Positions 54,202 to 63,962 of a stretch of DNA of 64,000 nucleotides are shown here, one piece after another. Position numbers and translations under genes: made by a program. The stretch lies in IMG/VR virus record IMGVR_UViG_3300024339_000005. One strand, given 5' to 3'. Positions within the stretch are counted from its first letter, which is position 1, and each line of letters starts with the position of its first letter. The notes beneath the pieces are model-generated. The model was given only the letters and a program-made list of their open reading frames with translations. It was not told the DNA's origin and made no database searches. Source of the stretch: a virus.

Positions 54202-55926
54202 CTATGATATGTAATCGCCGTTTTCATAAGATTTCAACTTATGCTGTGGTGAACAAATGGTCCAAAGATTAGATGGAACCATATTATCCCTGTCACCATC
54301 AATATGGTCAACATCAAGAATTGCCTTATAAACATGCAGGCGTTCATTGAAACGCATTTCTGAAAATGATGGCTCATCAGGACTAGAAACATATCGCTCG
54401 TAACAATCACAACCAGGAATCTCACAACGATTCTTTTTGTACTTCTGATAGATGGTATCTCGGTCTGTAGAGGAGCCCGAGGTTGACGAACCAACCAAAT
54501 TTGAACCCACATCATTTAAGGAATTTAGAGTTATCCAAACAGCATCCGATGGCACATTCTTATCAACAAAAGTTTTGACCCCTTCGATTGACCCAGAAGA
54601 AGTTATCCCAATAGGCTGAACGCAGTTGGTTGCCATGAAATAATTGTAAATCGTTTCGCGGTCTTCGGCTGAAGCCTCTGAAAATTCACCGGCTGTAAAA
54701 TAGAAATCTCGTTCACAACGGTTCAAGCGACCGTAATATTGAATCGAGTTATTATATACACTTGCAGAATTTTCAATACGTCTTGCCAAGGCAACCGCAC
54801 CTAGATTTGGTACATTGATACCCACACTGCCAAGTTCAACAACAATAGCAAATAACAAATCGGATTTGTTGTCAGCCAGATCACAAAAAACTTCCCTTGA
54901 TGTATCATAGCCCTTACTACGCTCGTTATGGTTATTTACAGCGAAGTTGCCACCCTCAAGGTTTAATGTGACTCCATCATATTCTATGGTGGTGTTTTGA
55001 TATTGGTTTATGAATTTTTTCATATCTCTTCTGGCATGCCATATGTTGTATGGCATAGCTTTCGAACCAACTTTCAGAATACCAGTGACCTTTGTTTGGT
55101 GGAAATTCTTAAGGGCTTCGGGCTTCTCCTCTTTCAAATATTTCACAATAGCGTTTTTGACCAAGATTGTTTTGACCAGTTCTTCTGTACTATCTGAATA
55201 GGTCGTGGTAAAAATCGGGTCAAAGACGGCGGGCTTCGAATATGATGCCGACGGCATATCATTGGATACCATCACATATTTTTCTTTGCTTTCAATATGA
55301 CTGGTCATCGGGGTGCCAGAGAAACCGAAACGGTATTCCACATCGCCATCTATAACAGAATTATACCACCGGGCTTCATAGTTTGAGTGCCCCCCGGCGC
55401 TACCATGCCCCAAGTCGAAATAATACAACAAGTCACTAGGACAACCACCATGATGGATTTCATCCCAAAACAATCCAGTGAAACTAGCGTTCAAGTTGGC
55501 ATAGTTATTGAGCCATGTCTGAATCGTTGTCACAACAATGTTGATACCTGTCTTTTTGATACCGATGAAATTGTTGAAAACATCTACTCGCCCAGGAGAA
55601 CTAATGTTGTATTCATGTGAGGTATAGGTTTCATATACCGTCTCGTAAATTTCATCAACTAATTCGGTCGACGGCGCAAGAATAATAAAATTCAGGCTCT
55701 CTTTCTTAAGGTCAACACCTGCGTTGATCTTCTTGACTACTATTGCGGGGATGATGCCATTAATAACGGTATATGTTTTACCATTGCCGGTATCGGCGCT
55801 AAGGATTCCAATCTGGCCATCAGATTCATTGCTATCAATAAATCTAAGGGCGGGTTCAACGAGATATTTTTGTTGGTTAACCCGAAGAATATCAGGAATG
55901 TCCCAGGCGTTTTTCAAATAAGTCAT
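54202..55926 (-). CDS. SF2 helicase-like ATPase fused to C-terminal HNH nuclease
   Basis: TGNGKT; DEIHH; FSGTP; GINVPNL; QYYGRLNR; DVDHIDGDRDN...NLWTIC...H. Confidence 0.8.
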   Translation of the reverse strand: MTYLKNAWDIPDILRVNQQKYLVEPALRFIDSNESDGQIGILSADTGNGKTYTVINGIIPAIVVKKINAGVDLKKESLNFIILAPSTELVDEIYETVYETYTSHEYNISSPGRVDVFNNFIGIKKTGINIVVTTIQTWLNNYANLNASFTGLFWDEIHHGGCPSDLLYYFDLGHGSAGGHSNYEARWYNSVIDGDVEYRFGFSGTPMTSHIESKEKYVMVSNDMPSASYSKPAVFDPIFTTTYSDSTEELVKTILVKNAIVKYLKEEKPEALKNFHQTKVTGILKVGSKAMPYNIWHARRDMKKFINQYQNTTIEYDGVTLNLEGGNFAVNNHNERSKGYDTSREVFCDLADNKSDLLFAIVVELGSVGINVPNLGAVALARRIENSASVYNNSIQYYGRLNRCERDFYFTAGEFSEASAEDRETIYNYFMATNCVQPIGITSSGSIEGVKTFVDKNVPSDAVWITLNSLNDVGSNLVGSSTSGSSTDRDTIYQKYKKNRCEIPGCDCYERYVSSPDEPSFSEMRFNERLHVYKAILDVDHIDGDRDNMVPSNLWTICSPQHKLKSYENGDYIS

Positions 55927-55986
55927 TCTCTCTCTTGGTTTTCGATCTTACTATTTGATCATGCACTATTTCTGACCAAATGTCAA
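55927..55986 (-). promoter_or_regulatory. conserved early promoter repeat
   Basis: TTGACA-17-CATGAT(C). Confidence 0.9.
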
Positions 55987-56000
55987 TACTAAAAATTGAT

Positions 56001-56034
56001 AAAATGCTGCCGGAAGCGAGAAACTTCCGGCAGC
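56001..56034 (-). terminator. intrinsic terminator after cobS
   Basis: GCTGCCGGAAG/CTTCCGGCAGC followed by ATTTT. Confidence 0.8.
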
Positions 56035-56065
56035 GCCCTTCTAGGGAGAGAAATGTAAGAGAGAC

Positions 56066-57274
56066 CTAGAAGGGTGTAAGGTCGTCGCCATTATGCAAGC
56101 CGCTGGCATCATCCGGTTCGGTAACCGCAACGGCTTCCTCGTCGGTAGCGGAGTAAAGCGACAGGAACGATTCCTTGGTCGCATCATCAAACCGGTTCAG
56201 GCAAAGTTCGACTGCCTCGTAACGGTCACCGAAGACGGCGAAGGTGTTCGCAATGTGAACAAGACGACGGGTTGAAATAATTTCATCAACACCACCAGCG
56301 TAAAAAGTTTTACGGATGGTCTCGGCCCACATTGTCAATTTGTCAATGAAGGTTGAGTCGCCAGGGAGGTCAAGAGATTCGAAAACCTTCGAAAGGATTT
56401 TCTTTTCAACGGCCAGGGCAGGGTATTCCTGCTCGACAGTAACGGTGAACCGCTCAAGAAAGGCTTCGTTCAAAACGTTGGTGCCGATGAAGCGACCGTC
56501 TTCTGAACCCTTACCTTTGGTATTCGCAGTACCGACAATCGTGAATCCCTTTGCAGGGGCTACGGTCTCACCAGTCTTTTTGATGAAATACGAAGCGCCC
56601 TCAAGAATCGACTGAAGACACATGATCTTCGAAGGGTGACCAAGGTCGATTTCATCCAACAGGAGAATCGCGCCTTCTTCCATGGCTTTGATAACTGGGC
56701 CTTTGAAAAACATTGTCTCGCCATTGACAAGACGGAAGCCGCCAATCAAATCATCCTCGTCGGTTTCGACGGTGATGTTGGTACGAATCAACTTCCGACC
56801 AAGTTTGGCAGCGACCTGTTCAATCATATAGGTCTTGCCGTTACCGGACAAACCAGTGATAAACGTAGGGAAGAACCTTCCAGACTTGAAAATTTTCTCA
56901 AGTTGTTTTGCGAAGCCGAAGGGCACAAAAAGTGCGTCACGTTTAGGAATCAAATTTTGAACCACTTTCAAAACGGAGGGCGCAGGCTTGGCTGCTTCTT
57001 CAATCGAAACAACATTTTCGATTACGGTGGATTCCGTATTCGCAATGGCGACTGTTGCGTTAGGAACAACAAGTGCGGCTGGGCCCTCAAGGACTCCAGC
57101 CTCAGCCAAAGGCAATTTACGAGTGTTCCGGCCTGCGGAATACTTTTTCATCCAGTTATATGAAGACTTCTGGCCGAGGGCCTCGGAGACTTCATCGGCC
57201 TGGGCGATACTAATGTATTCACCAAAGCGTTTGTAGGCTTCTTGAACGAAATCGGTACGGACTTGATTTAACAT
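56066..57274 (-). CDS. cobS: CobS-like (MoxR) AAA+ ATPase
   Basis: GLSGNGKT; LLDEIDL; ANTKGKGS; NEAFLERF; ISTRRL. Confidence 0.92.
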   Translation of the reverse strand: MLNQVRTDFVQEAYKRFGEYISIAQADEVSEALGQKSSYNWMKKYSAGRNTRKLPLAEAGVLEGPAALVVPNATVAIANTESTVIENVVSIEEAAKPAPSVLKVVQNLIPKRDALFVPFGFAKQLEKIFKSGRFFPTFITGLSGNGKTYMIEQVAAKLGRKLIRTNITVETDEDDLIGGFRLVNGETMFFKGPVIKAMEEGAILLLDEIDLGHPSKIMCLQSILEGASYFIKKTGETVAPAKGFTIVGTANTKGKGSEDGRFIGTNVLNEAFLERFTVTVEQEYPALAVEKKILSKVFESLDLPGDSTFIDKLTMWAETIRKTFYAGGVDEIISTRRLVHIANTFAVFGDRYEAVELCLNRFDDATKESFLSLYSATDEEAVAVTEPDDASGLHNGDDLTPF

Positions 57275-57283
57275 ATTTTCTTT

Positions 57284-57345
57284 TCTCTCTCTCTTGGTTT
57301 CTGATCTTACTATCTGATCATGCACTATTTTCGACCAAATGTCAA
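57284..57345 (-). promoter_or_regulatory. conserved early promoter repeat
   Basis: TTGACA-17-CATGAT(C). Confidence 0.9.
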
Positions 57346-57381
57346 GCGAAATCGACATAAAAGGTGCACATTTCTCACCTT

Positions 57382-59619
57382 TTATGCGATTTTTTCAACG
57401 AACCGGGTCAGAAGAACACGCTTTTCTTTCAAACCTTTAGTTGAATCCATGAACGCTTTCCGAACTTGCCCTTTAGTTGACTGGGCAGTAACGCCGGTCA
57501 GGTCAGTATTTCCAGAACGAAGCGAATCGCCATCGGCAATGAAATACAATTCAGAGTAGCCTTGGTCCTTTACGATAGTAAAGTTGGCGCTACGGAATTC
57601 CTGGTAAGACTCTTGACCGCCAGGTGTTTGGAACTGGTTCCGACGACCGGTATAGGCACAGCCGTGCCGAGAATCGAAGGCATCAATAAAAGACTTTTTG
57701 TTTTTATTGGTCAGGAAAAAGCCCATAACTTCATTTCCAGAAACAGCCCGGAAATAATCAAGGAACTGCCGAGTAGGGTTTTGGTCAACCAACTCATTGA
57801 TATAACCACGCTTCTTATCGGTCAGAACCAACGTCTTGTTACGAAAACTGTAACTAGAAGCGATAACGTGATCCTTGTGTTCACCGTTCATGAAGCCGCC
57901 GTACATGCTATCGCCATCCGTCAAGAAAACGGTGTTGACAACTTGAACATTGTTCCGCTTGGTGAACCGCTCGACAACATCAGCCGCAGCAATAATGGTA
58001 TCATTCAAAGGCGTTCCGCCAAGTTGAACTGCACCACCAGCACGACGCGCCAGCATCATCATTGTTTTCATCATCTGGCGAAAATCGTTTCCAGACATTT
58101 TGCTTGAAAACATATTCATCAACCGGAAAGATTCATCAAACACATATTCACCGTCTTTGGGTGAAGGCTGCATCAGGTTGAAAGGTTGACCATCTATGTC
58201 GTTCCGTCCGCCAGTCAACTTTTCCATTTCAGGACGGTCGGTGAAGGCATAAACTTCAAAAGGAATTGAAACACGACGACAAAAAGTCACGAGGTTCAAA
58301 AGTTGCTCGATGGTGCCACGCATGTTGGTTGTCATTGAGCCAGACCAATCAATGAACATAACAAGTCCGTGGTTCTTGCCACCAACAACGGTTTCGGCTT
58401 TCGCAAAAATGTCGTCATTGAACTGGTAAGAATGCAACTTGAGTGGGTCAAGAATTCCAGACTTAGAAGAACGAGTCCGCGAAAGTTCGTCAGCCGCTTT
58501 CTTCATTTCGAATTCTTTAACCATCCAATTAATGGCTTTGTTATTGTCAGCACGCCACTGAATCAAATCCTGGTCAACTTTTCCCCATACATCCTCGGCG
58601 TAATATGCTTCAACATATTTGTTGGTTTCCTCAATAACAACATTCCAAGGCACGGTAATCAAATCGGTGTTGATATCAGGAACAGAAACATACTTAATTT
58701 CTGAAGCATTGGTATCAGCCATTTGCTCAACAGCATCCGTGAAAAGTTCGTCGGTTTCAGCAATAGGATCGTCGTCAGATTCTTCAACATCTTTTTCTAC
58801 AACAGAGTCTTCACCCTCTTCAGATTTTCCACCGGAAGATTCTTTAGGCTCGTCGTCGTCTTCTTCTTCTGAATCGTCGTCACCTTCTTCATCGGTAGAA
58901 CCGCTGGTTTCGGTGTCGTCTTCATCTTCTGAATCATCTTCTTCAGACTCTTCAGGCTCACCCTCTTCAGGCTCGCCCGCTTCTTCACCGGAAGAATCCG
59001 TTTCGGGAGAATCGTCTTCTTGGTCGTTCTCGTTTTCTTCTTTTTGCTTTTCAAAAAGTTCGTCAGCAAGAGCGACGGCTTGGTCAAAAGTTTCCAGTTT
59101 CATCAACCGGTCCCAATAAACGGCTTCATCACCCTCAAAAGAAATATCAAGGTTGGCTCCGGCCTTTGCAGCCACATTGAACCGGTCAATCAACTTCATT
59201 GTTTCAAGACGACCGACAATATTTTCACCGAAGAAATTTTGTTCGATCATCCACTTGTAGCCAAGATGATAAGAACGCTTCAGACCGGGAAAATGACGTT
59301 TTGTCAATTTCTCAATACGAGCATCTTCAACAATGTTCAGAAAGGATTTGTAGCCCTTGCCTTTGTATTTACCGGCGGGCATAATTGCGTCATGCAATCC
59401 TTCGGCCGGAGTATTGATTCCGTGACCGTAGGCTTCATGGGAAGTCAAAACATCCATTGTCTCAGGCGGGCAATCTTTCCAAACTGGAAGAGTCACAACG
59501 CGATCCTTGAGATTAATGGAGGCTGTTTTACAACCGGGAACATGACGAACCGTCATATTTTCGGAGGCAAACAGGTTGGTCAGACGACTTACTGACTCGA
59601 TTGATTTTTGAACTGACAT
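57382..59619 (-). CDS. CobT-like peptidase/VWA protein
   Basis: HEAYGH; NIVEDARIE; acidic linker; DWSGSM; GGTPL; LTDGD. Confidence 0.88.
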   Translation of the reverse strand: MSVQKSIESVSRLTNLFASENMTVRHVPGCKTASINLKDRVVTLPVWKDCPPETMDVLTSHEAYGHGINTPAEGLHDAIMPAGKYKGKGYKSFLNIVEDARIEKLTKRHFPGLKRSYHLGYKWMIEQNFFGENIVGRLETMKLIDRFNVAAKAGANLDISFEGDEAVYWDRLMKLETFDQAVALADELFEKQKEENENDQEDDSPETDSSGEEAGEPEEGEPEESEEDDSEDEDDTETSGSTDEEGDDDSEEEDDDEPKESSGGKSEEGEDSVVEKDVEESDDDPIAETDELFTDAVEQMADTNASEIKYVSVPDINTDLITVPWNVVIEETNKYVEAYYAEDVWGKVDQDLIQWRADNNKAINWMVKEFEMKKAADELSRTRSSKSGILDPLKLHSYQFNDDIFAKAETVVGGKNHGLVMFIDWSGSMTTNMRGTIEQLLNLVTFCRRVSIPFEVYAFTDRPEMEKLTGGRNDIDGQPFNLMQPSPKDGEYVFDESFRLMNMFSSKMSGNDFRQMMKTMMMLARRAGGAVQLGGTPLNDTIIAAADVVERFTKRNNVQVVNTVFLTDGDSMYGGFMNGEHKDHVIASSYSFRNKTLVLTDKKRGYINELVDQNPTRQFLDYFRAVSGNEVMGFFLTNKNKKSFIDAFDSRHGCAYTGRRNQFQTPGGQESYQEFRSANFTIVKDQGYSELYFIADGDSLRSGNTDLTGVTAQSTKGQVRKAFMDSTKGLKEKRVLLTRFVEKIA

Positions 59620-59630
59620 ATACATATATT

Positions 59631-59687
59631 CTCTCTTGGTTCTTGATCTTACTATTTGATCATGCACTATTTCTGACCAAATGTCAA
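59631..59687 (-). promoter_or_regulatory. conserved early promoter repeat
   Basis: TTGACA-17-CATGAT(C). Confidence 0.9.
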
Positions 59688-59773
59688 CCAAAAAGCAGGG
59701 TTAGAATGTCGATTTATGAAGAAAAAGCGAATTAATGAGAGTTAGTGCCTACTGTGTGACATTTATGCAACAC

Positions 59774-60637
59774 TTACCGCTGCCAGTTGGAAATAAGTTT
59801 CAAACCATAGTTATTCACCTCGTTGGTCAGGCTTTCCTCTACCCCAGGCTTGAACCGGGGCTTGTTCCGTTTAGCGAATCCGCTGTAATCCACATGGTGG
59901 TGCCAGCGACCATATTTCCATGACAGCCGGCAAACGTCCGGGTGCATATCCACCAACATTTGAGATTTATTCATGGTGCCTTCGGCGTCATAAAACTCCG
60001 CAGAGTTACCGCCCTTGACGGTTTGGGTTTTGTCTTTGCCCTGCAAGAAAATATTGAACTGACAGGTCACGTCGCCGTCTTTCATCACGTTAAGCGATAG
60101 GTCGGTATCTTCATTATAGCGACCACGCCACCTATGCCTGCAATCGTTCAAGATGTATAGGCAAGAATAAATCCTGGTGTTGAAAAGGAATGGTGGTCTG
60201 TCACTATCAGGCGGAACAAAGAACCGATAATTGAAACCAGAGACAGGGATATTTTCATATCGGTCAATGAAGTCTTCGGCAATTTTGAAAATTACACCAC
60301 TCTCTACCCGAATGCGTTTGTTCTTATGCAGCCGATAGAAATCTGAAATGTTATCATCTAGTACCCAATGACCAATGAAGTCGTTTGCGATCGAATGGTC
60401 CCAACACCAGTTTCTTGCCCGCCCGGGTCCGTCGCCATGATTTGAGAATGGCAATATCAACAGCGTCACATGGTCACGTAACCCAAATTCATCCAGGGCG
60501 TTTTCATAATTTTCTTCATCCTGTGGCTCAATGGCGATATAGTGGTCGACGCCCATTCGGTTCAATGACCGAGAGGTATGCATAGATTCATGGCGACCCT
60601 TAGACACAATGTAAACCGGTTGGGTAGGATTAGTCAT
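59774..60637 (-). CDS. TAGT/GREB1-like GT-A glycosyltransferase (DNA base modification type)
   Basis: YIVSKGR; EPQD; ARNW; LDDNI; NTRIYSC; YNEDTDL; KGGN. Confidence 0.75.
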   Translation of the reverse strand: MTNPTQPVYIVSKGRHESMHTSRSLNRMGVDHYIAIEPQDEENYENALDEFGLRDHVTLLILPFSNHGDGPGRARNWCWDHSIANDFIGHWVLDDNISDFYRLHKNKRIRVESGVIFKIAEDFIDRYENIPVSGFNYRFFVPPDSDRPPFLFNTRIYSCLYILNDCRHRWRGRYNEDTDLSLNVMKDGDVTCQFNIFLQGKDKTQTVKGGNSAEFYDAEGTMNKSQMLVDMHPDVCRLSWKYGRWHHHVDYSGFAKRNKPRFKPGVEESLTNEVNNYGLKLISNWQR

Positions 60638-61709
60638 TGAAAAAATTCTCCAAAGAATTGGTGTTGGTTTTTCTGGCAGTGGCGGTAGACCGAATTTCAA
60701 ACGCTTTATCAAATTGGGTTTTCCAATTTTCAAACGAGTGCTTTTCTCTCGTCCGGTCGGCTATCTCTTTACGAAGGCTGTCGGGCATTTCCCGCAATCT
60801 TTCGTATGCTTCAATAAACTCTTGTCTGGTCGCGCTCTTAGGCACTTTGATATAATGAAATGGTGCTGGCGCAATGCCCTCGCTTGAATGCATTCCGGTT
60901 TTATCCGTGGCTAGTATCAATGGTACTCCGCAGCCCAATGCTTCCATCGCTGTAATACCCCAGGACTCGATAGGGCATGTTGAAAAATAAACTCTCGACT
61001 CTGAAATCATTCGCATGACAATATGGTGTGGTTCACCAAAGAGTGTCATTTGTGGTGTAGTCCAATCGCGGTTCTTTTCCACATATCGGTTATGGTCAGC
61101 GCCATGATAGACAGGATTATTGGTGATTACCATGCTATCGTATTGGCTATCTTTCATAATCCTATGTAGGTGGAACGGATCTTTGTCTGGGCTATTCCGC
61201 CCTACGGTGATGCTATCGAACCTCTTGTCTTCGGTGTATGGCATATTTCCACAATAGGATGTAGTGACAAAGCCAGCAATATCGCTTTCAGCCAAATCAA
61301 TGTCGTCAATGCGTTTGATTTGCTCTTGGTAGTGAAGGAACTGGCGACGACTCACAAAATACAAGTGGTCACCGTTCTCTATCATTTCTTTGATGATTTT
61401 GCCATAGCCCAACAGGCGGATACTCCGGTCCACTGGCTCATGGCAAACCATGATAGTCCTGATACCGAATTGCTTGATATGATTGTAATGACCAAATTCA
61501 TTTATCAGAATCATATCGGGTGCTGAATTCAATATATGGTTCTCTGTGATTTTCTTAGCAAGCCGGGCTGTTCTGTCAGCCTTTGTAACTTGCACCACTT
61601 CAACCTCGTCGTAGGTGTCATAAAGCAAAGACGCAAACTTTTCAATACCACCACTTATCACAGCCGATTCGATATCGGTATCAGAGTGAAAGGGTATCAG
61701 GATTTTCAT
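60630..61709 (-). CDS. GT-B (GT4-like) glycosyltransferase
   Basis: GGIE; VGR...KDP; ESWGITAMEALGCGVP. Confidence 0.85.
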   Translation of the reverse strand: MKILIPFHSDTDIESAVISGGIEKFASLLYDTYDEVEVVQVTKADRTARLAKKITENHILNSAPDMILINEFGHYNHIKQFGIRTIMVCHEPVDRSIRLLGYGKIIKEMIENGDHLYFVSRRQFLHYQEQIKRIDDIDLAESDIAGFVTTSYCGNMPYTEDKRFDSITVGRNSPDKDPFHLHRIMKDSQYDSMVITNNPVYHGADHNRYVEKNRDWTTPQMTLFGEPHHIVMRMISESRVYFSTCPIESWGITAMEALGCGVPLILATDKTGMHSSEGIAPAPFHYIKVPKSATRQEFIEAYERLREMPDSLRKEIADRTREKHSFENWKTQFDKAFEIRSTATARKTNTNSLENFFND

Positions 61710-62044
61710 TATTCTTCAATCCACCGCTTCAGGGTATTTTCGTCCCGCAAGAGTTTTGGGTGCCATGCGCTTTTGGTTTTGACAGTCATTTTCTGACCAA
61801 TCAGATCCTGAAATTCTTTGTAGTCTTCTTCGGTTCTGAAATGGAACATGACAGACTTGAAAGATGGGTTGGCATTGTTCTCAAATTCTGGCATATTGCG
61901 CCAGTGCTTTTTCCATGCGTCTTCATCGGTCAGATCTTCCTCAAGACCCAAGAAATCAGAGAGGTCTTTTGGTCCCTCGGTTTCATTCTTCTGACCAATA
62001 TAGTTGTCATATTCGGCTGATTCTTCTACTTCATTTGGCATCAT
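61709..62044 (-). CDS. small acidic partner of the TAGT module
   Basis: WRNMPEF...HFRTEED...KSAWHP. Confidence 0.6.
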   Translation of the reverse strand: MMPNEVEESAEYDNYIGQKNETEGPKDLSDFLGLEEDLTDEDAWKKHWRNMPEFENNANPSFKSVMFHFRTEEDYKEFQDLIGQKMTVKTKSAWHPKLLRDENTLKRWIEE

Positions 62045-62403
62045 TCAATCACTTTCACAAATACACCGGCTTTTTCAGCAATCTTTATCATATCATAGGT
62101 GCCTATGGATGCTGGCAAAGGGAATGCAAGGACAACATCCGCACCAAGTTTCAACATTTCACGGTTCCGAATAGGACCAGCAGCCTTCGGGTGTTTATCC
62201 CAATCAGCCGGATGGTCTTCATATTCAACACCTCGGTCGATAGCCCATTTTTTTGCCATGCGGTCAGCACCTCGTGCGTCACCATGTACAATGATCATAT
62301 CATCTTCAGGCAGAAATGTCAATAGATATTTGTCTAATGCACCCCACATTTTTTCTTGGTCGAACCAATCTCGGCTGCCAGTTATCAGGATGCGCTTTTT
62401 CAT
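62041..62403 (-). CDS. SLOG/YspA-like (DUF2493) protein
   Basis: ITGSRDW; HGDARGAD; ADW...AGPIRN; GT..M. Confidence 0.85.
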   Translation of the reverse strand: MKKRILITGSRDWFDQEKMWGALDKYLLTFLPEDDMIIVHGDARGADRMAKKWAIDRGVEYEDHPADWDKHPKAAGPIRNREMLKLGADVVLAFPLPASIGTYDMIKIAEKAGVFVKVIE

Positions 62404-62642
62404 TTCAATATGAATCCCACGGTTCTTTCGGTGGTTGGCTCTGGTTCATGGAGGTAGACCGCAGCGATTTCACCATTCTTTATCTCAATCAGGTCATCCA
62501 GGCGAATCATAGTCTCAGGTTTACGCATTCGCATTTCGCCCTGAAAAGTATGTAATGCTTCGTTCGCTTCCTGGGCTGTCTCAAAACCTTTGAAAAAATA
62601 GGATTGAGTGCCACGGAGATAGACAAAGATTTGATAGTTCAT
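62400..62642 (-). CDS. hypothetical protein
   Basis: Coupled ORF. Confidence 0.55.
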   Translation of the reverse strand: MNYQIFVYLRGTQSYFFKGFETAQEANEALHTFQGEMRMRKPETMIRLDDLIEIKNGEIAAVYLHEPEPTTERTVGFILK

Positions 62643-63175
62643 TATGCTACCCTGATTTCCTCGCGGGCTTTTGCTTCTTCACGCTTGCGACGGCGGTTCA
62701 ACAGTTTCAGGTTTTTCTTGGCTACACCCATATGGTAACGGTTCGCTCGGTCGGTCATAACGTAACCGTCGAGGTGATCCATTTCATGTAGAAAGATACG
62801 GGCTGACATACCATCGAATTTGATGGCGTCTGTGATACCCTCTTGTGTGGCATAACGAACACGAATCATTGAAGGGCGTTTGACTTTGACAAACAAGCCG
62901 GGAAAGCTAAGGCAGCCTTCTTCCATAACCACGTCGTCACCGTCAGCCGCAAGGACTTCTGGGTTGAACACACCAACGATATTATCAGGGTCTTGAAAAT
63001 GACCCAAGAGGAATACCCGTTTGTTTACACCAATCTGTGGTGCAGCAATACCAACGCCTCGTCCGGCAATCATCGCTGTTTTCAATTCATTGAAAAGCAA
63101 TTCCTGGTCGTCATTTTCCATATCGAATGGTAGGGCGGCTTCGGTGCTTAGTTGTTTAGCTGGTAGAATGTTCAT
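62642..63175 (-). CDS. def: peptide deformylase
   Basis: GVGIAAPQ; EGCLS; HEMDH. Confidence 0.95.
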   Translation of the reverse strand: MNILPAKQLSTEAALPFDMENDDQELLFNELKTAMIAGRGVGIAAPQIGVNKRVFLLGHFQDPDNIVGVFNPEVLAADGDDVVMEEGCLSFPGLFVKVKRPSMIRVRYATQEGITDAIKFDGMSARIFLHEMDHLDGYVMTDRANRYHMGVAKKNLKLLNRRRKREEAKAREEIRVA

Positions 63176-63350
63176 TTTGTAAATCCTCAATAATTTTTTC
63201 AAGACGGTCAACATCGGCGGCGATCCATTCCGCTACCTGATTAGGGAATTGAACCCGTTCCCAATTGGTATGGCGCAACATAGCAGACGGACCATATTCT
63301 TCATATTTCAGGTTATGCTTTTCTATTCGTTGCCTGAGGGTATGAGTCAT
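63156..63350 (-). CDS. hypothetical protein
   Basis: Coupled ORF. Confidence 0.5.
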   Translation of the reverse strand: MTHTLRQRIEKHNLKYEEYGPSAMLRHTNWERVQFPNQVAEWIAADVDRLEKIIEDLQNEHSTS

Positions 63351-63532
63351 TTCATATCCCTCTTGTAATAGTAGTCAATCATTCTGGTACTCGCGGCTTC
63401 TCTGGTTGGAAATGTTGTCGCTTCCGCAAGAACATATTTACCCGGAGTCTTGGTGATACCGTTTATCATTTCAATAATCTGGACGTTGGATTCATTACCA
63501 TCTGGATGAACCAAATAAAATTCACTTTTCAT
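63347..63532 (-). CDS. hypothetical protein
   Basis: Coupled ORF; GGAGG RBS. Confidence 0.5.
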   Translation of the reverse strand: MKSEFYLVHPDGNESNVQIIEMINGITKTPGKYVLAEATTFPTREAASTRMIDYYYKRDMK

Positions 63533-63903
63533 CCGTAACCTCCCATAGTGGTTTTGACAACTGATTTTTCATGGCAATAAGAGCATTCGTACCAAACGTC
63601 TTCATAACCCTTATCGTAATAAGTGCCCTCGACATTGTACCGTTTCTTTTCAACTTCAATATGTGGGCAGTTTGCTTTCAGCCAGACGGCGTCCTTGTTC
63701 AGGGTATCCATAAGAGACTGATATTTTTTATCAAACTTGCGTTTGGCAATGGCTCTTTGTTTTCTGTATTCGGCTTCCTGTTTATCCTGACGGGTCAGTC
63801 TGCCTTTCCAATATGCTTGGTTCATTTTGGTCCCGTTCCTGACGGATTGCATAAAAAGGTTAAACCGATGATGATGGTGACAACAATGCCGAGACCCCAC
63901 CAA
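63529..63903 (-). CDS. hypothetical protein (start probably near 63825)
   Basis: CPH...CSYC. Confidence 0.55.
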   Translation of the reverse strand: MVGSRHCCHHHHRFNLFMQSVRNGTKMNQAYWKGRLTRQDKQEAEYRKQRAIAKRKFDKKYQSLMDTLNKDAVWLKANCPHIEVEKKRYNVEGTYYDKGYEDVWYECSYCHEKSVVKTTMGGYG

Positions 63904-63962
63904 CTGATACCAAGAATTTCCATAAAATGTTCCATTTGAAATCTCCTATCTTACGATCATAT

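Noticed and set aside
20118-59595. Long plus-strand ORFs such as 30025-30822 and 58619-59119
   Set aside because: They are antisense shadows of well-supported minus-strand genes.
56066-59619. cobS/cobT as cobalamin biosynthesis genes
   Set aside because: A MoxR AAA+/VWA pair is common in T4-like phages, and no CobN is present here.
10336-59687. Repeats as a CRISPR array
   Set aside because: They are dispersed, have no spacers and match a promoter consensus.
10336-59691. Repeated peptide DIWSEIVHDQIVRS at the N-terminus of several track ORFs
   Set aside because: It is the translation of the promoter repeat; true starts lie downstream of the GA-rich RBS.
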